Below, piece after piece: positions 30,200 through 39,819 of a stretch of 64,000 nucleotides of DNA. Below the pieces are notes generated by a model. The model was not told where the DNA came from and did no database searches. It was given only the letters and a program-made list of their open reading frames with translations. The translations under genes were made by a program, and so were the position numbers. The first letter of the stretch is position 1. Each line of letters opens with the position of its first letter. The DNA is taken from NCBI GenBank assembly GCA_965218435.1, contig CBDCKW010000009.1, forward strand, positions 2,272,001 to 2,336,000, written 5' to 3'. Source of the DNA: Truepera sp. Lineage in GTDB: Bacteria; Deinococcota; Deinococci; Deinococcales; Trueperaceae.

Positions 30200-31479
30200 C
30201 AGTGGATCGGCTCAGGCTCGAGCCTTGACTCAATCGCGCGGGCGTGGGCCTCGAGCCCCTCCGCTCGCGCGAGCCGCGCCGCGCTCGGTCCAATCTCCCG
30301 GAGCGTCTGTGCGCCGATGTTCACAACCGGAATGACCTTTTGAAAGTCGCGCACGTTGAGCGCCGAGGCGTACCGCGCGGTGCCGCCCGTCGGCATCACG
30401 TGGCTCGGCCCTGCGGCGTAGTCGCCTAAGGCTTCCGTGCTGGGGGCTCCCAAAAAAATCCCGCCCGCGTTTTTGACCTCCGGCACCGCCGCCCACGGGT
30501 CTTGAACGAGTAAACAGAGGTGTTCGGGGGCGTAGAGATTCGCCACCCTCAACCCTTCAGCCAGCGAATTGACGACAACGGCGTAAGCGCGCGTCTCGAG
30601 CGACTCTTTCGCCGCATCTTTCGTAGGCAAATGGAGAAGTTGATGCTCCACTTCTCTCTCTACTTTGGCCAAAAGCGTTTCATCTGTCGTCACGAGCACC
30701 GGCTGCGCAAACGCGTGTTCAGCTTGCGCCAACAGGTCGGCGGCGACGTGTTCGGGGTCGGCGGTTTCGTCCGCTAACACGAGCGTTTCGGTCGGGCCGG
30801 GTAAGGCTTCAATGCCGACTGCGCCGAAAACGAGCTGTTTGGCGAGCACCACATACGCATTACCGGGGCCGACGATTTTGTCCACCCGGGGGATGCTCTC
30901 CGTGCCGTAAGCAAGAGCTGCCACAGCCTGCGCACCTCCAACTCGGTAGACCTCACAAATTCCCAAAAGCCGCGCGGCGACCAAAATTTCAGGTGCGATA
31001 CTGCCGTCTTCCCGAGGCGGCGTCGCCACGACGAGTTCCGGTACACCCGCGACCTGTGCGGGCACAGCGCACATCAAGAGGGTACTAAAGAGCGGCGCAC
31101 TGCCGCCGGGGACGTAGATACCGACGCGCCCCAGCGGACGCACCAACTGCCCGAGCAACCCGCCGTCCGTCTGCTGGAGAAAGCCCTCTTGCGGTTGATG
31201 GCTATAAAACGCCCGAATCCGCGTGGCAGAAAGGCGCATCGCGTCCCTCAGCTCTTTAGGTACTGCACGCTCAGCCGCGGCAAACTCGGCCTCAGGTATT
31301 TTTAAGGACTCGAGCCTCACCCTGTCAAACCGCTCGGTGTATTCCCGAACCGCCGCGTCCCCTCGACTTTTGACCTGCGCCAAGATATCCGCTACGGCGT
31401 CCCGTTGACCGGCGTCCGGCTCAGCGCCACGCCCGGAGAAGACCCGCTCGGCTTCCTTATAGCCACGTAAGACTTGCAT
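30199..31479 (-). CDS. hisD: Histidinol dehydrogenase
   Basis: GIYVPGG, GGAQAVAALAYGTE, IVGPGNAYV, GPTE, DLLAQAEH, APEHL, GDYAAGPSHVMPT. Confidence 0.97.
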   Translation of the reverse strand: MQVLRGYKEAERVFSGRGAEPDAGQRDAVADILAQVKSRGDAAVREYTERFDRVRLESLKIPEAEFAAAERAVPKELRDAMRLSATRIRAFYSHQPQEGFLQQTDGGLLGQLVRPLGRVGIYVPGGSAPLFSTLLMCAVPAQVAGVPELVVATPPREDGSIAPEILVAARLLGICEVYRVGGAQAVAALAYGTESIPRVDKIVGPGNAYVVLAKQLVFGAVGIEALPGPTETLVLADETADPEHVAADLLAQAEHAFAQPVLVTTDETLLAKVEREVEHQLLHLPTKDAAKESLETRAYAVVVNSLAEGLRVANLYAPEHLCLLVQDPWAAVPEVKNAGGIFLGAPSTEALGDYAAGPSHVMPTGGTARYASALNVRDFQKVIPVVNIGAQTLREIGPSAARLARAEGLEAHARAIESRLEPEPIH

Positions 31480-31751
31480 AGAGTGCATCATAACGTCATT
31501 CACCGGGCAAGTGAACTCGGCTATAAAGGGTGACGCAGTAGTTCAGATCATATTCAGTCTTTGAGTCAACCATTGACGCACCGATAAAACTGACCCGCAA
31601 CCAAAGTAGAAGTGTCATAGGTAGCAATATAGTAGGTAGGCTTGTTCTTAGTTCAGTACCGAGTGCTAAGGTAACTAGCTAGTAGGCGCTTGGCCGCAGC
31701 TCAGGCTACCTAAGCGGCGCACCGTAATTACGGCTGGAGGTTTTAAGCCCA

Positions 31752-32738
31752 GTGACTGATTCAACATCTTCTATGGCCAGTACCCTACACCTCGTTGATC
31801 CGGACGCTCGAGGTTTTGTGCAGGGTCCCTCTTTTGATCCTGACCAGCAGACAGTCGCAGAGTTTAGGGCTACTGTTCAGGCCCAGTATGCTCAGCTAGC
31901 ACCGCCTCTACCTTCGGCGCGGGAGGAACGAACCGTACCAGGTTCAGCCGGGGCTCCCGAGGTCCGTGTATTTATCTATCGCCCGGATATGACCAAGGCT
32001 GTAACCGAGGCTAAAGTGCCTGCAATTCTCTACTTTTACGGCGGCGGCTTCATCACAGGTACGGCAGACATGCAAGACGCAGCGATGCTCGAGCTGGCAA
32101 GAAACAGCGGCGCAGTTGTTGTCTCGGTCGGCTACCGGCTGGCCCCCGAGCATCCGTTTCCGGCTCCCGTAGAAGACGGCTACGCCGCGCTCAGCTGGCT
32201 TTTTCAAACTGCAGACGCTTTGGACGTTGACGCAACCAAAATCGCCGTAATGGGAGACAGCAGCGGCGGGGGCCTTGCCGCTGCGCTAACACTCCTCACC
32301 CGTGACCGGGGCGAGTACAAGTTGGCGGCGCAACTGCTGATCTATCCGATGCTCGATCCTCGAACGGGGACGGCAGACGCGCCCGTTGACAACCCGACAA
32401 CCGGCGAGTTCGTCTGGACTCGCAAAGCGAACCGCTTCGCCTGGACTGCGCTACGCGGCTCGGTACAGGTTCCGCTCGAGCGCCTCGGCCACTTTGCCCC
32501 GGCGCTGGCCGACCGACTGACGAACTTACCGCCGACCTTTATCGGCGTGGGCTCGCTTGACCTGTTTCTCGAGGAAGATGTAGCTTACGCCCTACGTCTG
32601 TCGCGCTCCGGAGTTCCGCTTGAGCTGCACGTCTATAACGGTGGTGTTCACGGTTTTGACCGTATGCCTGGAACGTTGGCCGCGCAGTTCACCGCCGACT
32701 TAAACGCTGCCATTAGCCGCGTGCTCCCTAGTGGCTAA
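31752..32738 (+). CDS. HSL-family esterase/lipase
   Basis: YGGGF, YRLAPEHPFP, GDSSGG, YPMLD, VHGF. Confidence 0.92.
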   Translation: MTDSTSSMASTLHLVDPDARGFVQGPSFDPDQQTVAEFRATVQAQYAQLAPPLPSAREERTVPGSAGAPEVRVFIYRPDMTKAVTEAKVPAILYFYGGGFITGTADMQDAAMLELARNSGAVVVSVGYRLAPEHPFPAPVEDGYAALSWLFQTADALDVDATKIAVMGDSSGGGLAAALTLLTRDRGEYKLAAQLLIYPMLDPRTGTADAPVDNPTTGEFVWTRKANRFAWTALRGSVQVPLERLGHFAPALADRLTNLPPTFIGVGSLDLFLEEDVAYALRLSRSGVPLELHVYNGGVHGFDRMPGTLAAQFTADLNAAISRVLPSG

Positions 32739-32833
32739 GAGGAGTTCCAGCTGCAGTGACTGCCGTAATCATTGAGGAGAGGAAACCGAAACTTTTCGCA
32801 ACACCAGCCGGGCCGAACGCTTAAGCTGAGCGT

Positions 32834-33322
32834 ATGAACGCCCGTCTCGCCACTCTAGACGACGCCGCGCCGATAGCAGAGATTTACAATCAGGGTATCG
32901 CCACGCACCTAGCGACGTTTGAAACGAGACCGCGCAGCACCGCAGACGTTGCGCTCTGGTTTGAAACGCCGTATCCGGTGGTCGTGGTTGAGGCTGAAAC
33001 CGGCGTCGGGGCGTTTGCCGCTACTTCACGCTACCGCCCGCGCGAATGCTACGCCGGAATCGCCGAGTTTATGGTCTACGTAGCTTTGGATAAGCAAGGT
33101 CAGGGGTTGGGTCGGGGGGCGCTCGAGGCCCTCTTCCCTATTGCCGCTGAGTGCGGACTCTACAAGTTGGTCTCACGTGTTTTTGTCGAAAATTACGCCA
33201 GCCGCCGCCTGCTCGCCTCGGTCGGGTTTCGTGAGGTCGGGGTGTATAAGCGGCACGGTCAGATAGGGGGCGAGTGGCGCGACGTGGTGATCGTCGAGCG
33301 GTTTTTAGATGAGAGCGCCTAG
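32834..33322 (+). CDS. GNAT N-acetyltransferase, ArsN1 (arsinothricin) / phosphinothricin type
   Basis: IYNQGI...ATFET, YRPRECYAGIAEF.VYV, KLVSRVF.EN.AS, GFREVGVY.RHG....WRDVVIVER. Confidence 0.85.
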   Translation: MNARLATLDDAAPIAEIYNQGIATHLATFETRPRSTADVALWFETPYPVVVVEAETGVGAFAATSRYRPRECYAGIAEFMVYVALDKQGQGLGRGALEALFPIAAECGLYKLVSRVFVENYASRRLLASVGFREVGVYKRHGQIGGEWRDVVIVERFLDESA

Positions 33323-33351
33323 TTAAAAGACCAACACACGACATAAAACCC

Positions 33352-34239
33352 TTAACCGCTCGGACTAGCTCTCAATTCTTCTGTTGCAAGCATGTCACCC
33401 GCGTCCCATAGCCTTCGTAGTTTGGCGAAAACGGGTAGACAATCGCGCTCACCTGCGCTCAAGGGCCGAAGAGACTCATAGCCTTGAATAAAGGCTTTTT
33501 GAAGCGCGTCGGGGGCATGATAAAAAGGGGCTAAATCATAAGCGCGCCAACCATACCCACAGTGGTCAAAATCAAACAAGGTTACTTGACCTTCTTGAAA
33601 GTGCATATTGCCAGGGTGTAAGTCACCATGAATAATGCCATATTCATCATTGTCAACGCTTAGACTTTCTACTGCGCTCACTAAGTCAGGGATGGGAGGT
33701 AAAGAGGCAAGAAGCTCTTGTCCTTGTTCGCTATTATTTTTTTCGATTAGTCTCAGTGGTTCATCCACAAGATATTTAAGGTTTAGGTGATAACGCTTAT
33801 GATTTGAAGAAAAGTCATTGGCGGCAAGATGAAAAGCGGCAGTGGTTTTCCCCACTTGCAAACTCTCTTCAACCGTAAAAGATTCCCTACTTGCTTCTCC
33901 GCCCGGAGCAAATGAAAAAAGTGCCGTGGCTCGTTTACCTAAAGCTGTGGGTGTCCAACCGAGTAACTCACCATTATTCATACGGATGGGATAAGAAACA
34001 GGAATATTTTGCGTCTGCAAATGGTCAAGCAGGTCAAGCTCGAACTGAAAGGCTTCAGGTGAGCCAACATAGTATTTTCCATTTAGGTACACCCTAAAAA
34101 TGTACTTCGCTTGCCCAACCATAAGGAGATAGTGGTCATTAAAACCACGTCTGATTAACGTGCAAGTTTGTGGTGTATCCAAAGAATAGTTGGCACGCAC
34201 AAGCTCGAGTACTTTGTCCGGTTCAAGTAAGGTATTCAT
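33352..34239 (-). CDS. Phosphotransferase (APH / homoserine kinase type II family), AT-rich
   Basis: IIHGDLHPGN, FDFDHCGYGWRAYDLA; AGGAG RBS. Confidence 0.88.
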   Translation of the reverse strand: MNTLLEPDKVLELVRANYSLDTPQTCTLIRRGFNDHYLLMVGQAKYIFRVYLNGKYYVGSPEAFQFELDLLDHLQTQNIPVSYPIRMNNGELLGWTPTALGKRATALFSFAPGGEASRESFTVEESLQVGKTTAAFHLAANDFSSNHKRYHLNLKYLVDEPLRLIEKNNSEQGQELLASLPPIPDLVSAVESLSVDNDEYGIIHGDLHPGNMHFQEGQVTLFDFDHCGYGWRAYDLAPFYHAPDALQKAFIQGYESLRPLSAGERDCLPVFAKLRRLWDAGDMLATEELRASPSG

Positions 34240-34364
34240 GGATTCTCCTACAGAGGATTTGGGCATTTAACCTAGTACTCGAACACACCCTCAGCTTCGA
34301 GAGCGTAGATACCTAAAAACGAGCCACCCGAAAGCAGCTCGCAATTCACTCGTTTCGGGTTTCG

Positions 34365-34715
34365 TTACACGCTCTTGGACAAATCTACCAAACGCTTAAA
34401 GGCGTCCGGGTGCTGCACCGCGAGGTCAGCTAAAATCTTGCGGTTGATTTCAACGCCCGATTTGCGCAACCCGCTCATAAAGACCGAATAGCTCAGTCCT
34501 TCTTGGCGAGCAGCAGCGTTGATGCGGGTAATCCACAACCGGCGAAAGTCATTCTTTTTGTCACGGCGGTCACGGTATTCGTAGTCGGCGGCGTTAAGCA
34601 GTGTTTGCTGCGCGATGCGGACGCTTTTCGAGCGCATCCCCCAGAAACCCTTCGCGCGTTTAAGGATTTTCTTATGTTTGTGGCGGCGAACGACGCCGGT
34701 CTTAGCTCTTGGCAT
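34365..34715 (-). CDS. rplT: 50S ribosomal protein L20
   Basis: MPRAKTG...[34 protein letters not shown]. Confidence 0.99.
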   Translation of the reverse strand: MPRAKTGVVRRHKHKKILKRAKGFWGMRSKSVRIAQQTLLNAADYEYRDRRDKKNDFRRLWITRINAAARQEGLSYSVFMSGLRKSGVEINRKILADLAVQHPDAFKRLVDLSKSV

Positions 34716-34722
34716 CTACAAC

Positions 34723-34920
34723 CTACTCGTAAGGGAGCAGCACTTTGATACGCTTGGCGTCTGCTTCGGCGATGATGAGGCCGGTTCTGCCCTGACGGAT
34801 GCGTTTGCCACTTTTCTTAAAGTTTAGGTGGCGTTTCCCGCTCCGCATTGCCTTGACCTTACCTCGCCCTGTGATTTTGACACGGGCTTTGGTGCCCTTA
34901 TGGGTCTTTTGTTTCGGCAT
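34723..34920 (-). CDS. rpmI: 50S ribosomal protein L35
   Basis: MPKQKTHKGTKARVKITGRGK...LLPY; lies between infC and rplT. Confidence 0.98.
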   Translation of the reverse strand: MPKQKTHKGTKARVKITGRGKVKAMRSGKRHLNFKKSGKRIRQGRTGLIIAEADAKRIKVLLPYE

Positions 34921-34946
34921 CTCTTCTCCTGGTTCTAGTTTTTTGG

Positions 34947-35501
34947 CTAACTGGAAGCCTGAACAGTTTCCTGCTCATCTTTTGGCGGCGCGACTTTTGT
35001 CGGGCCTAAAACCATGTTCATATCCATCCCAGCGAGGTTAGGGGCAGATTCAACGACTGCCATGTCGGAAACGTCCGCTGCGACGCGGTTCAAAATCTCT
35101 TGCCCGAGTTCGGGGTGCGTGCGTTCACGCCCCCGGAACATGATGGTGAGTTTGACCTTGTGACCGCCCTTAAGAAAACGTTTGACGTGGTTGACTTTAG
35201 TCGTGTAGTCGTGGTCGTCTATCTTGACGCGGAACTTGATGGCTTTCATCTCCTGCTGCCGAGACTTTTTGCGGGTCTCTTTTTCTTGCTGCTGGAGTTC
35301 GTAACGGTATTTGCCGTAGTCCATCAGTTTGGCGACGGGGGGCTGGGCACCTTCGCCGACGAGGACCAAATCGGTCTCGCCTTCGCGGGCCATCCGCAGT
35401 GCGTCACGGGTCTCAACAATCCCTTGCTGCTGACCGTCGGCCCCGATAAGCCGCACCTGCCTTACCCGAATCTGCTCGTTTACCTTCATCTCTCTGGCTA
35501 T
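34947..35501 (-). CDS. infC: Translation initiation factor IF-3 (probable ATA start codon)
   Basis: VNEQIRVRQVRLI, PPVAKLMDYGKY, HKVKLTIMFRGRE; strong GGAGGTGA RBS 5 nt before ATA at 35501. Confidence 0.97.
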   Translation of the reverse strand: MAREMKVNEQIRVRQVRLIGADGQQQGIVETRDALRMAREGETDLVLVGEGAQPPVAKLMDYGKYRYELQQQEKETRKKSRQQEMKAIKFRVKIDDHDYTTKVNHVKRFLKGGHKVKLTIMFRGRERTHPELGQEILNRVAADVSDMAVVESAPNLAGMDMNMVLGPTKVAPPKDEQETVQASS

Positions 35502-35674
35502 AAACGTCACCTCCAAAAGTTTGTGCTCGGGCGTAAAACGCGCCTTACACAGCACGGTAGTGTAGCAGATTAGGTCAGCTTAAGCAACGCGCGAGGAGAC
35601 GTCAAAACTGTCTCGAGAGGCGGCACCGTAGCCTCGAGCCGAGCTTTTTAGTCAACGCGGCGTTAGGCTGGAAT

Positions 35675-36817
35675 GTGCTTATTTTGGCGTCGCTCACGCT
35701 TTTACTCTGGCTGGTCCTGACCGCAGATTGGCTTTTGGGTGTACGGTTGGTTGACCGCTTGGGCGCTTCAGCCACTAAGGAAAAGCTTCCCCCACTGTCG
35801 GTGGTGATTCCGGCACTTAACGAACAAAATGCGATAGAGAGCAGCCTCAGGTCGGTTTTTGCGCAAGACTATCCGGGGCTCGAGGTCATCGTCCTCAATG
35901 ACCGCTCAACTGACGCAACCGGCGCAATTTTAGACCGAATGCAAGAAAAATATCCACAGCTCCAAGTGGTTCGTATCGAGATGCTACCCGCAGGTTGGTT
36001 AGGCAAAAATCATGCGCTTTACTTAGGAGCGAAGAAAGCTAAGGGCGAGTGGCTGCTATTTACCGACGCCGACGTGCGGTTTGCGCCGGGTGCGCTGAGG
36101 GCGGCTGTGAGCTACGCGCTGGGACAAGACCTCGAGCACCTCACCGCCATTCCCCATATGACGGCGAAAGGGACGCTGCTCAAGTCTTTTGTAGCCGCCT
36201 TTATGCTCCTCTTTTCGTACAAAGTTTTGCGTTTTTCAGGCCGGTTGACAGACGAGCATATCGGTCTAGGTGCGTTTAATCTGCTCCGGCGCTCCACGTA
36301 TAAAGCAGTCGGTGGACATCAACCTATCGCCCTGCGCCCGGATGACGACCTGATGCTCGGCAAACTCGTGAAACGCGCCGGGTTTCGGCAGAGCGTTGTC
36401 TTTGCCGCCGATTTGATGCAGGTCGAGTGGTATGGAAGCGTCAAAGAGGCCGTTCGCGGACTTAACAAAAATGCCTTCGCCGGTCTCGGTTACTCGCTCC
36501 CGCTCGTGCTGCTCGTTGCCGGGACGCTTGTCGCCACACACATTCTTCCATTTTTCGCTGTTTTTCTAACGGCAGGCTGGACGCAGATTGTCTACGTGCT
36601 CGTGCTGCTCAATATTGCGTTCATTTATATGGTAGGCCACCGTTTTACTAAGCTTAGCCCGGTTTACGCGGTGCTTCACCCATTCGGCACAGCAATTTTG
36701 GTTTACGCAACGCTCGAGTCTGCTTTTAGAGCCCTCGGGCAAGGTGGAATTTTTTGGCGTGGGACGTTTTACTCACTTAGAGAACTGAGAAACAACAGAG
36801 TCAAAAACAAGGCGTGA
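35675..36817 (+). CDS. Family-2 glycosyltransferase (CrtQ/HpnB-like lipid or carotenoid glycosyltransferase)
   Basis: VIPALNE, NDRSTD.T, PAGWLGKNHA, LFTDAD, PDDDLMLG, WRG. Confidence 0.85.
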   Translation: MLILASLTLLLWLVLTADWLLGVRLVDRLGASATKEKLPPLSVVIPALNEQNAIESSLRSVFAQDYPGLEVIVLNDRSTDATGAILDRMQEKYPQLQVVRIEMLPAGWLGKNHALYLGAKKAKGEWLLFTDADVRFAPGALRAAVSYALGQDLEHLTAIPHMTAKGTLLKSFVAAFMLLFSYKVLRFSGRLTDEHIGLGAFNLLRRSTYKAVGGHQPIALRPDDDLMLGKLVKRAGFRQSVVFAADLMQVEWYGSVKEAVRGLNKNAFAGLGYSLPLVLLVAGTLVATHILPFFAVFLTAGWTQIVYVLVLLNIAFIYMVGHRFTKLSPVYAVLHPFGTAILVYATLESAFRALGQGGIFWRGTFYSLRELRNNRVKNKA

Positions 36818-36860
36818 TGTACTGCGTGACCTCGAGCAGCTGGGGCTTAGACTTAGTCCT

Positions 36861-37676
36861 ATGCAACTAGGCTATTCCCCCTGCCCCAACGACTGCTTTA
36901 TCTTTTACGCCCTCGCCCACGGTAAAATCGCGCCGGAGCTGGATTTTGAGGTAAGGCTCGAGGACGTTGAAACGCTCAATCAATTAGCTAGAAGCGGCAC
37001 CTTGCCGGTCAGCAAAATCAGCTACCACGCATTTTTTCACCTGACGGACGCTTACATTATGCTCCGCTCGGGCGGCGCACTCGGATTCGGCGTCGGGCCG
37101 TTAATCGTCTCAAAAAAGCCTTTGGATACGCTTTCAGGTCGGCGCATCGCCATTCCCGGCGGTCTCACGACAGCGAACTTACTCCTCAAACTTTCACAAC
37201 CGGATGATGTTGAGTTACTTGCGTTGCGTTACGACCAGATTATGCCCGCCGCCTCAGCCGGTGAGGTTGACGCGGGGCTGATTATTCACGAGTCACGGTT
37301 TACCTACCCCGAGTACGGGCTCGTTAAACACCTCGATTTAGGCGCGTGGTGGGAGGGTGAGACGGGATTGCCGCTGCCTTTAGGCGGCATTATGGCCAAA
37401 CGTTCACTCGGAGACGCCAAACTAAAAGAGCTTGACGGGGCCGTCCGCGAGAGCCTGCGTTACGGTTACGCGCACCGCGCCGAGGCGCAGCCCTACATCG
37501 CCGCGCACGCACAGGAGATGAATGAAGGGGTGACGCAGCAGCATATTGATCTGTACGTCAATGAGCTTTCGCTCGAGGTCGGCGACTTAGGAGAGCGGGC
37601 CGTGGCCGAACTCTACCGGCGAGCAAGGGCGCGGGAACTCGTCCCGGAGGCGCACAAACCGTTATTCTTAAGCTAA
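36861..37676 (+). CDS. mqnD: 1,4-dihydroxy-6-naphthoate synthase (futalosine pathway)
   Basis: GYSPCPND.FIF, DVETLN, GALG.GVGP, LIIHESRFTY, DLG.WW..TGLPLPLG, HIDLYVN. Confidence 0.95.
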   Translation: MQLGYSPCPNDCFIFYALAHGKIAPELDFEVRLEDVETLNQLARSGTLPVSKISYHAFFHLTDAYIMLRSGGALGFGVGPLIVSKKPLDTLSGRRIAIPGGLTTANLLLKLSQPDDVELLALRYDQIMPAASAGEVDAGLIIHESRFTYPEYGLVKHLDLGAWWEGETGLPLPLGGIMAKRSLGDAKLKELDGAVRESLRYGYAHRAEAQPYIAAHAQEMNEGVTQQHIDLYVNELSLEVGDLGERAVAELYRRARARELVPEAHKPLFLS

Positions 37677-37698
37677 TGACGCGTTTAGCAGAAATTTC

Positions 37699-38256
37699 GT
37701 GCTAGGGTTTTTACGCCAGCTGTGGGCGGCGGCTTCCGTCCCGAAACGATTTTTCGAGTGGCTCGAGCCCCAGTCCACCCGTACCGTGCGGGCAGGTGCC
37801 GCGGCTTACGGCAGTTTGGTCGTCTTGAGTTTCGTGTGCGCCCTCGCTCTAGGCCGAGCCACACGTTCGGACGCGCCACTGCTATTTATCATTTTGGCGC
37901 TGGTTGGGGCGACCAGCTTTTTTTTATATGCCTGGGGCTTCGGGAGTATCTTCGTGCAACGCGCCGGGGCGCTCGACCTGCGGACTTGGGAGGTGACCGG
38001 GTGGTGCTGGACACCGGCACTTTTCGGGGCGCTGTCTATGCTGATTCCGGCTTTTATCGCTCCGCTGCCCACCTTCTTTGTGCTGATATTTGGAGTGCTG
38101 GCGTGGCACCTCACAGTGCTGCGGGCGGGGCTGGGGGTCTTCGTCGGGAAGCGGGCGGCGCGGGTCGTGACGCTCTACGGACTTTACGTCTACGCGCTGC
38201 CGCTCGTCCTTTTCGGCTTTGTCGTGTGGGTCAGCGCACGGTTTAGCGGCTCGTAA
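37699..38256 (+). CDS. Hypothetical membrane protein (Yip1-like topology)
   Basis: 185 aa with about 5 TM segments; P..FF near the N-terminus. Confidence 0.6.
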   Translation: MLGFLRQLWAAASVPKRFFEWLEPQSTRTVRAGAAAYGSLVVLSFVCALALGRATRSDAPLLFIILALVGATSFFLYAWGFGSIFVQRAGALDLRTWEVTGWCWTPALFGALSMLIPAFIAPLPTFFVLIFGVLAWHLTVLRAGLGVFVGKRAARVVTLYGLYVYALPLVLFGFVVWVSARFSGS

Positions 38257-38267
38257 GGTGAGGCGTT

Positions 38268-38947
38268 ATGGACTTTACGCTTGACAATGTAGTTCCCTGG
38301 GGCCGTTCTTTTGCAGAGTACGTTGCGATGTTTGCGCTCTCACCTGAAGATTTAGAAAAGTCTATTTTGGGTTGTAGCGACGGTCCGGCCAGCTTTAATC
38401 ACACACTTACTCGTCTAGGGGGATGTGTAACTTCGGTAGACCCACTCTACGCGTTTGACGTGGGTCAACTCGAGCGGCGCATTGACGAAACTTCCCCTTT
38501 GGTCATTGCGCAAACCTATCAAAACGTTCATGAATTTGTCTGGCGCAGCTTCGCCTCGGTTGAACAGCTGGTAGACACGAGGCTTCAGGCGATGAAGCTG
38601 TTTTTAACCGACTACGAGGCTGGTCACGCTGAGGGGCGTTATCTGGAAGGCAGCCTGCCCACATTAACTTTTAAGGATGACACGTTTGAGTTAGTGCTGT
38701 GTTTGCATTATTTCTCTACAGCCAACATTTTTCTGCGGACTTTTACGTCCAAGCCGTTAAAGAACTCTTACGGGTGGCCAGCGAGGTGCGCGTTTTCCCG
38801 CTGCTCGAGCTGGGCTCGAGACCGTCGCGCCACCTTGAGGCCGTCGTAAGCGAACTCGAAAACAGCGGTTATGTCGTTTCTATCAAACAGGTAGACTACG
38901 AAGTGCAAAAAGGTGGTGACAACATGCTGGTTGTTACTACCCCGTAG
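38268..38947 (+). pseudogene. SAM-dependent methyltransferase split by a frameshift near 38708
   Basis: N-part VVPWGRSFAEY..MF, GPASFN, VDPLY, GSLPTL.F...FELVLC; C-part LFLYSQH..ELLRVASEVRVFPL..YEVQKGGDNML lies in another frame. Confidence 0.8.
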
Positions 38948-39048
38948 ATAGGGCCTCACCTGAGACGATGTGCTGCAAGAAGTCGGATTTTGTAGTCCGA
39001 CATTTTTTCATGACCTATCGCTGACACTCTATCCATAGACTGCGGTCT

Positions 39049-39357
39049 ATGCGTTTAACTGACAAACTCAAAGTGTTAGCAGACCCGACGCGGTTAAGCA
39101 TCCTCACCTTTTTGCGCGAGCCTGTCCAGAGCTGCTGTTCGCGTGAGGACGGCGTTTGCGGGTGCGACCTCGAGACCTATTTAGGCCTTAAACAACCTAC
39201 CATCAGCCACCATATGAAGCAGCTCGAGGCGGCGGGTTTCGTTCAGGCCGAACGTCGCGGACGTTGGGTGTTTTACGACCTGCTTCCCGAAGGCTTTAGG
39301 GCCGTCCGAAGCGAGCTAAAGAGGTTTGAAGTCATCCCGCAGAAAGCAGGCGTTTAG
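39049..39357 (+). CDS. arsR: ArsR-family metalloregulator
   Basis: LKVLADPTRLSIL, CC....VCGCD cysteines, QPTISHHMK, RRGRWVFY. Confidence 0.9.
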   Translation: MRLTDKLKVLADPTRLSILTFLREPVQSCCSREDGVCGCDLETYLGLKQPTISHHMKQLEAAGFVQAERRGRWVFYDLLPEGFRAVRSELKRFEVIPQKAGV

Positions 39358-39816
39358 ATGCGTCTGCTCGTCCTCTGCACCCACAATTCGGCCCGCAGTC
39401 AGATGGCCGAAGGCTGGCTCAGGCACTACGCGGCTGAACTCGAGCTAGGCGTAGCCGTGTTCTCCGCTGGAACCGAAAAAACCTTTGTCAAGTCCGAAGC
39501 CGTAAAGGTCATGCAAGAAGTTGGTATTGACCTGTCAGGTCACACTTCTAAAGTCATCCAAGACCTACCCGACCCGTGGAATTTTGACGTAGTGATGACC
39601 GTCTGCGACGACGCAAACGAGGTTTGCCCGGTTTATCCGGCTAAAACTGTGCGGTTACACGTTTCGTTTCCTGACCCTTCGGGTGAGCCGTTAGACAGGT
39701 GGCGTGAGGTGCGTGATGCACTGGGCGAAAGCTGTCAAACCCTGATCAGGACCCTTAAAGCCGGTGAGGTCCCGACAGACGAGGCGCTGACCCCCAGGCA
39801 GCTGCGTGAGGGTTAG
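39358..39816 (+). CDS. arsC: Arsenate reductase (LMW-PTP / thioredoxin type)
   Basis: LCTHNSARSQMAEG, SAGT, TVCDDANEVCP, FPDP. Confidence 0.92.
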   Translation: MRLLVLCTHNSARSQMAEGWLRHYAAELELGVAVFSAGTEKTFVKSEAVKVMQEVGIDLSGHTSKVIQDLPDPWNFDVVMTVCDDANEVCPVYPAKTVRLHVSFPDPSGEPLDRWREVRDALGESCQTLIRTLKAGEVPTDEALTPRQLREG

Positions 39817-39819
39817 GAG

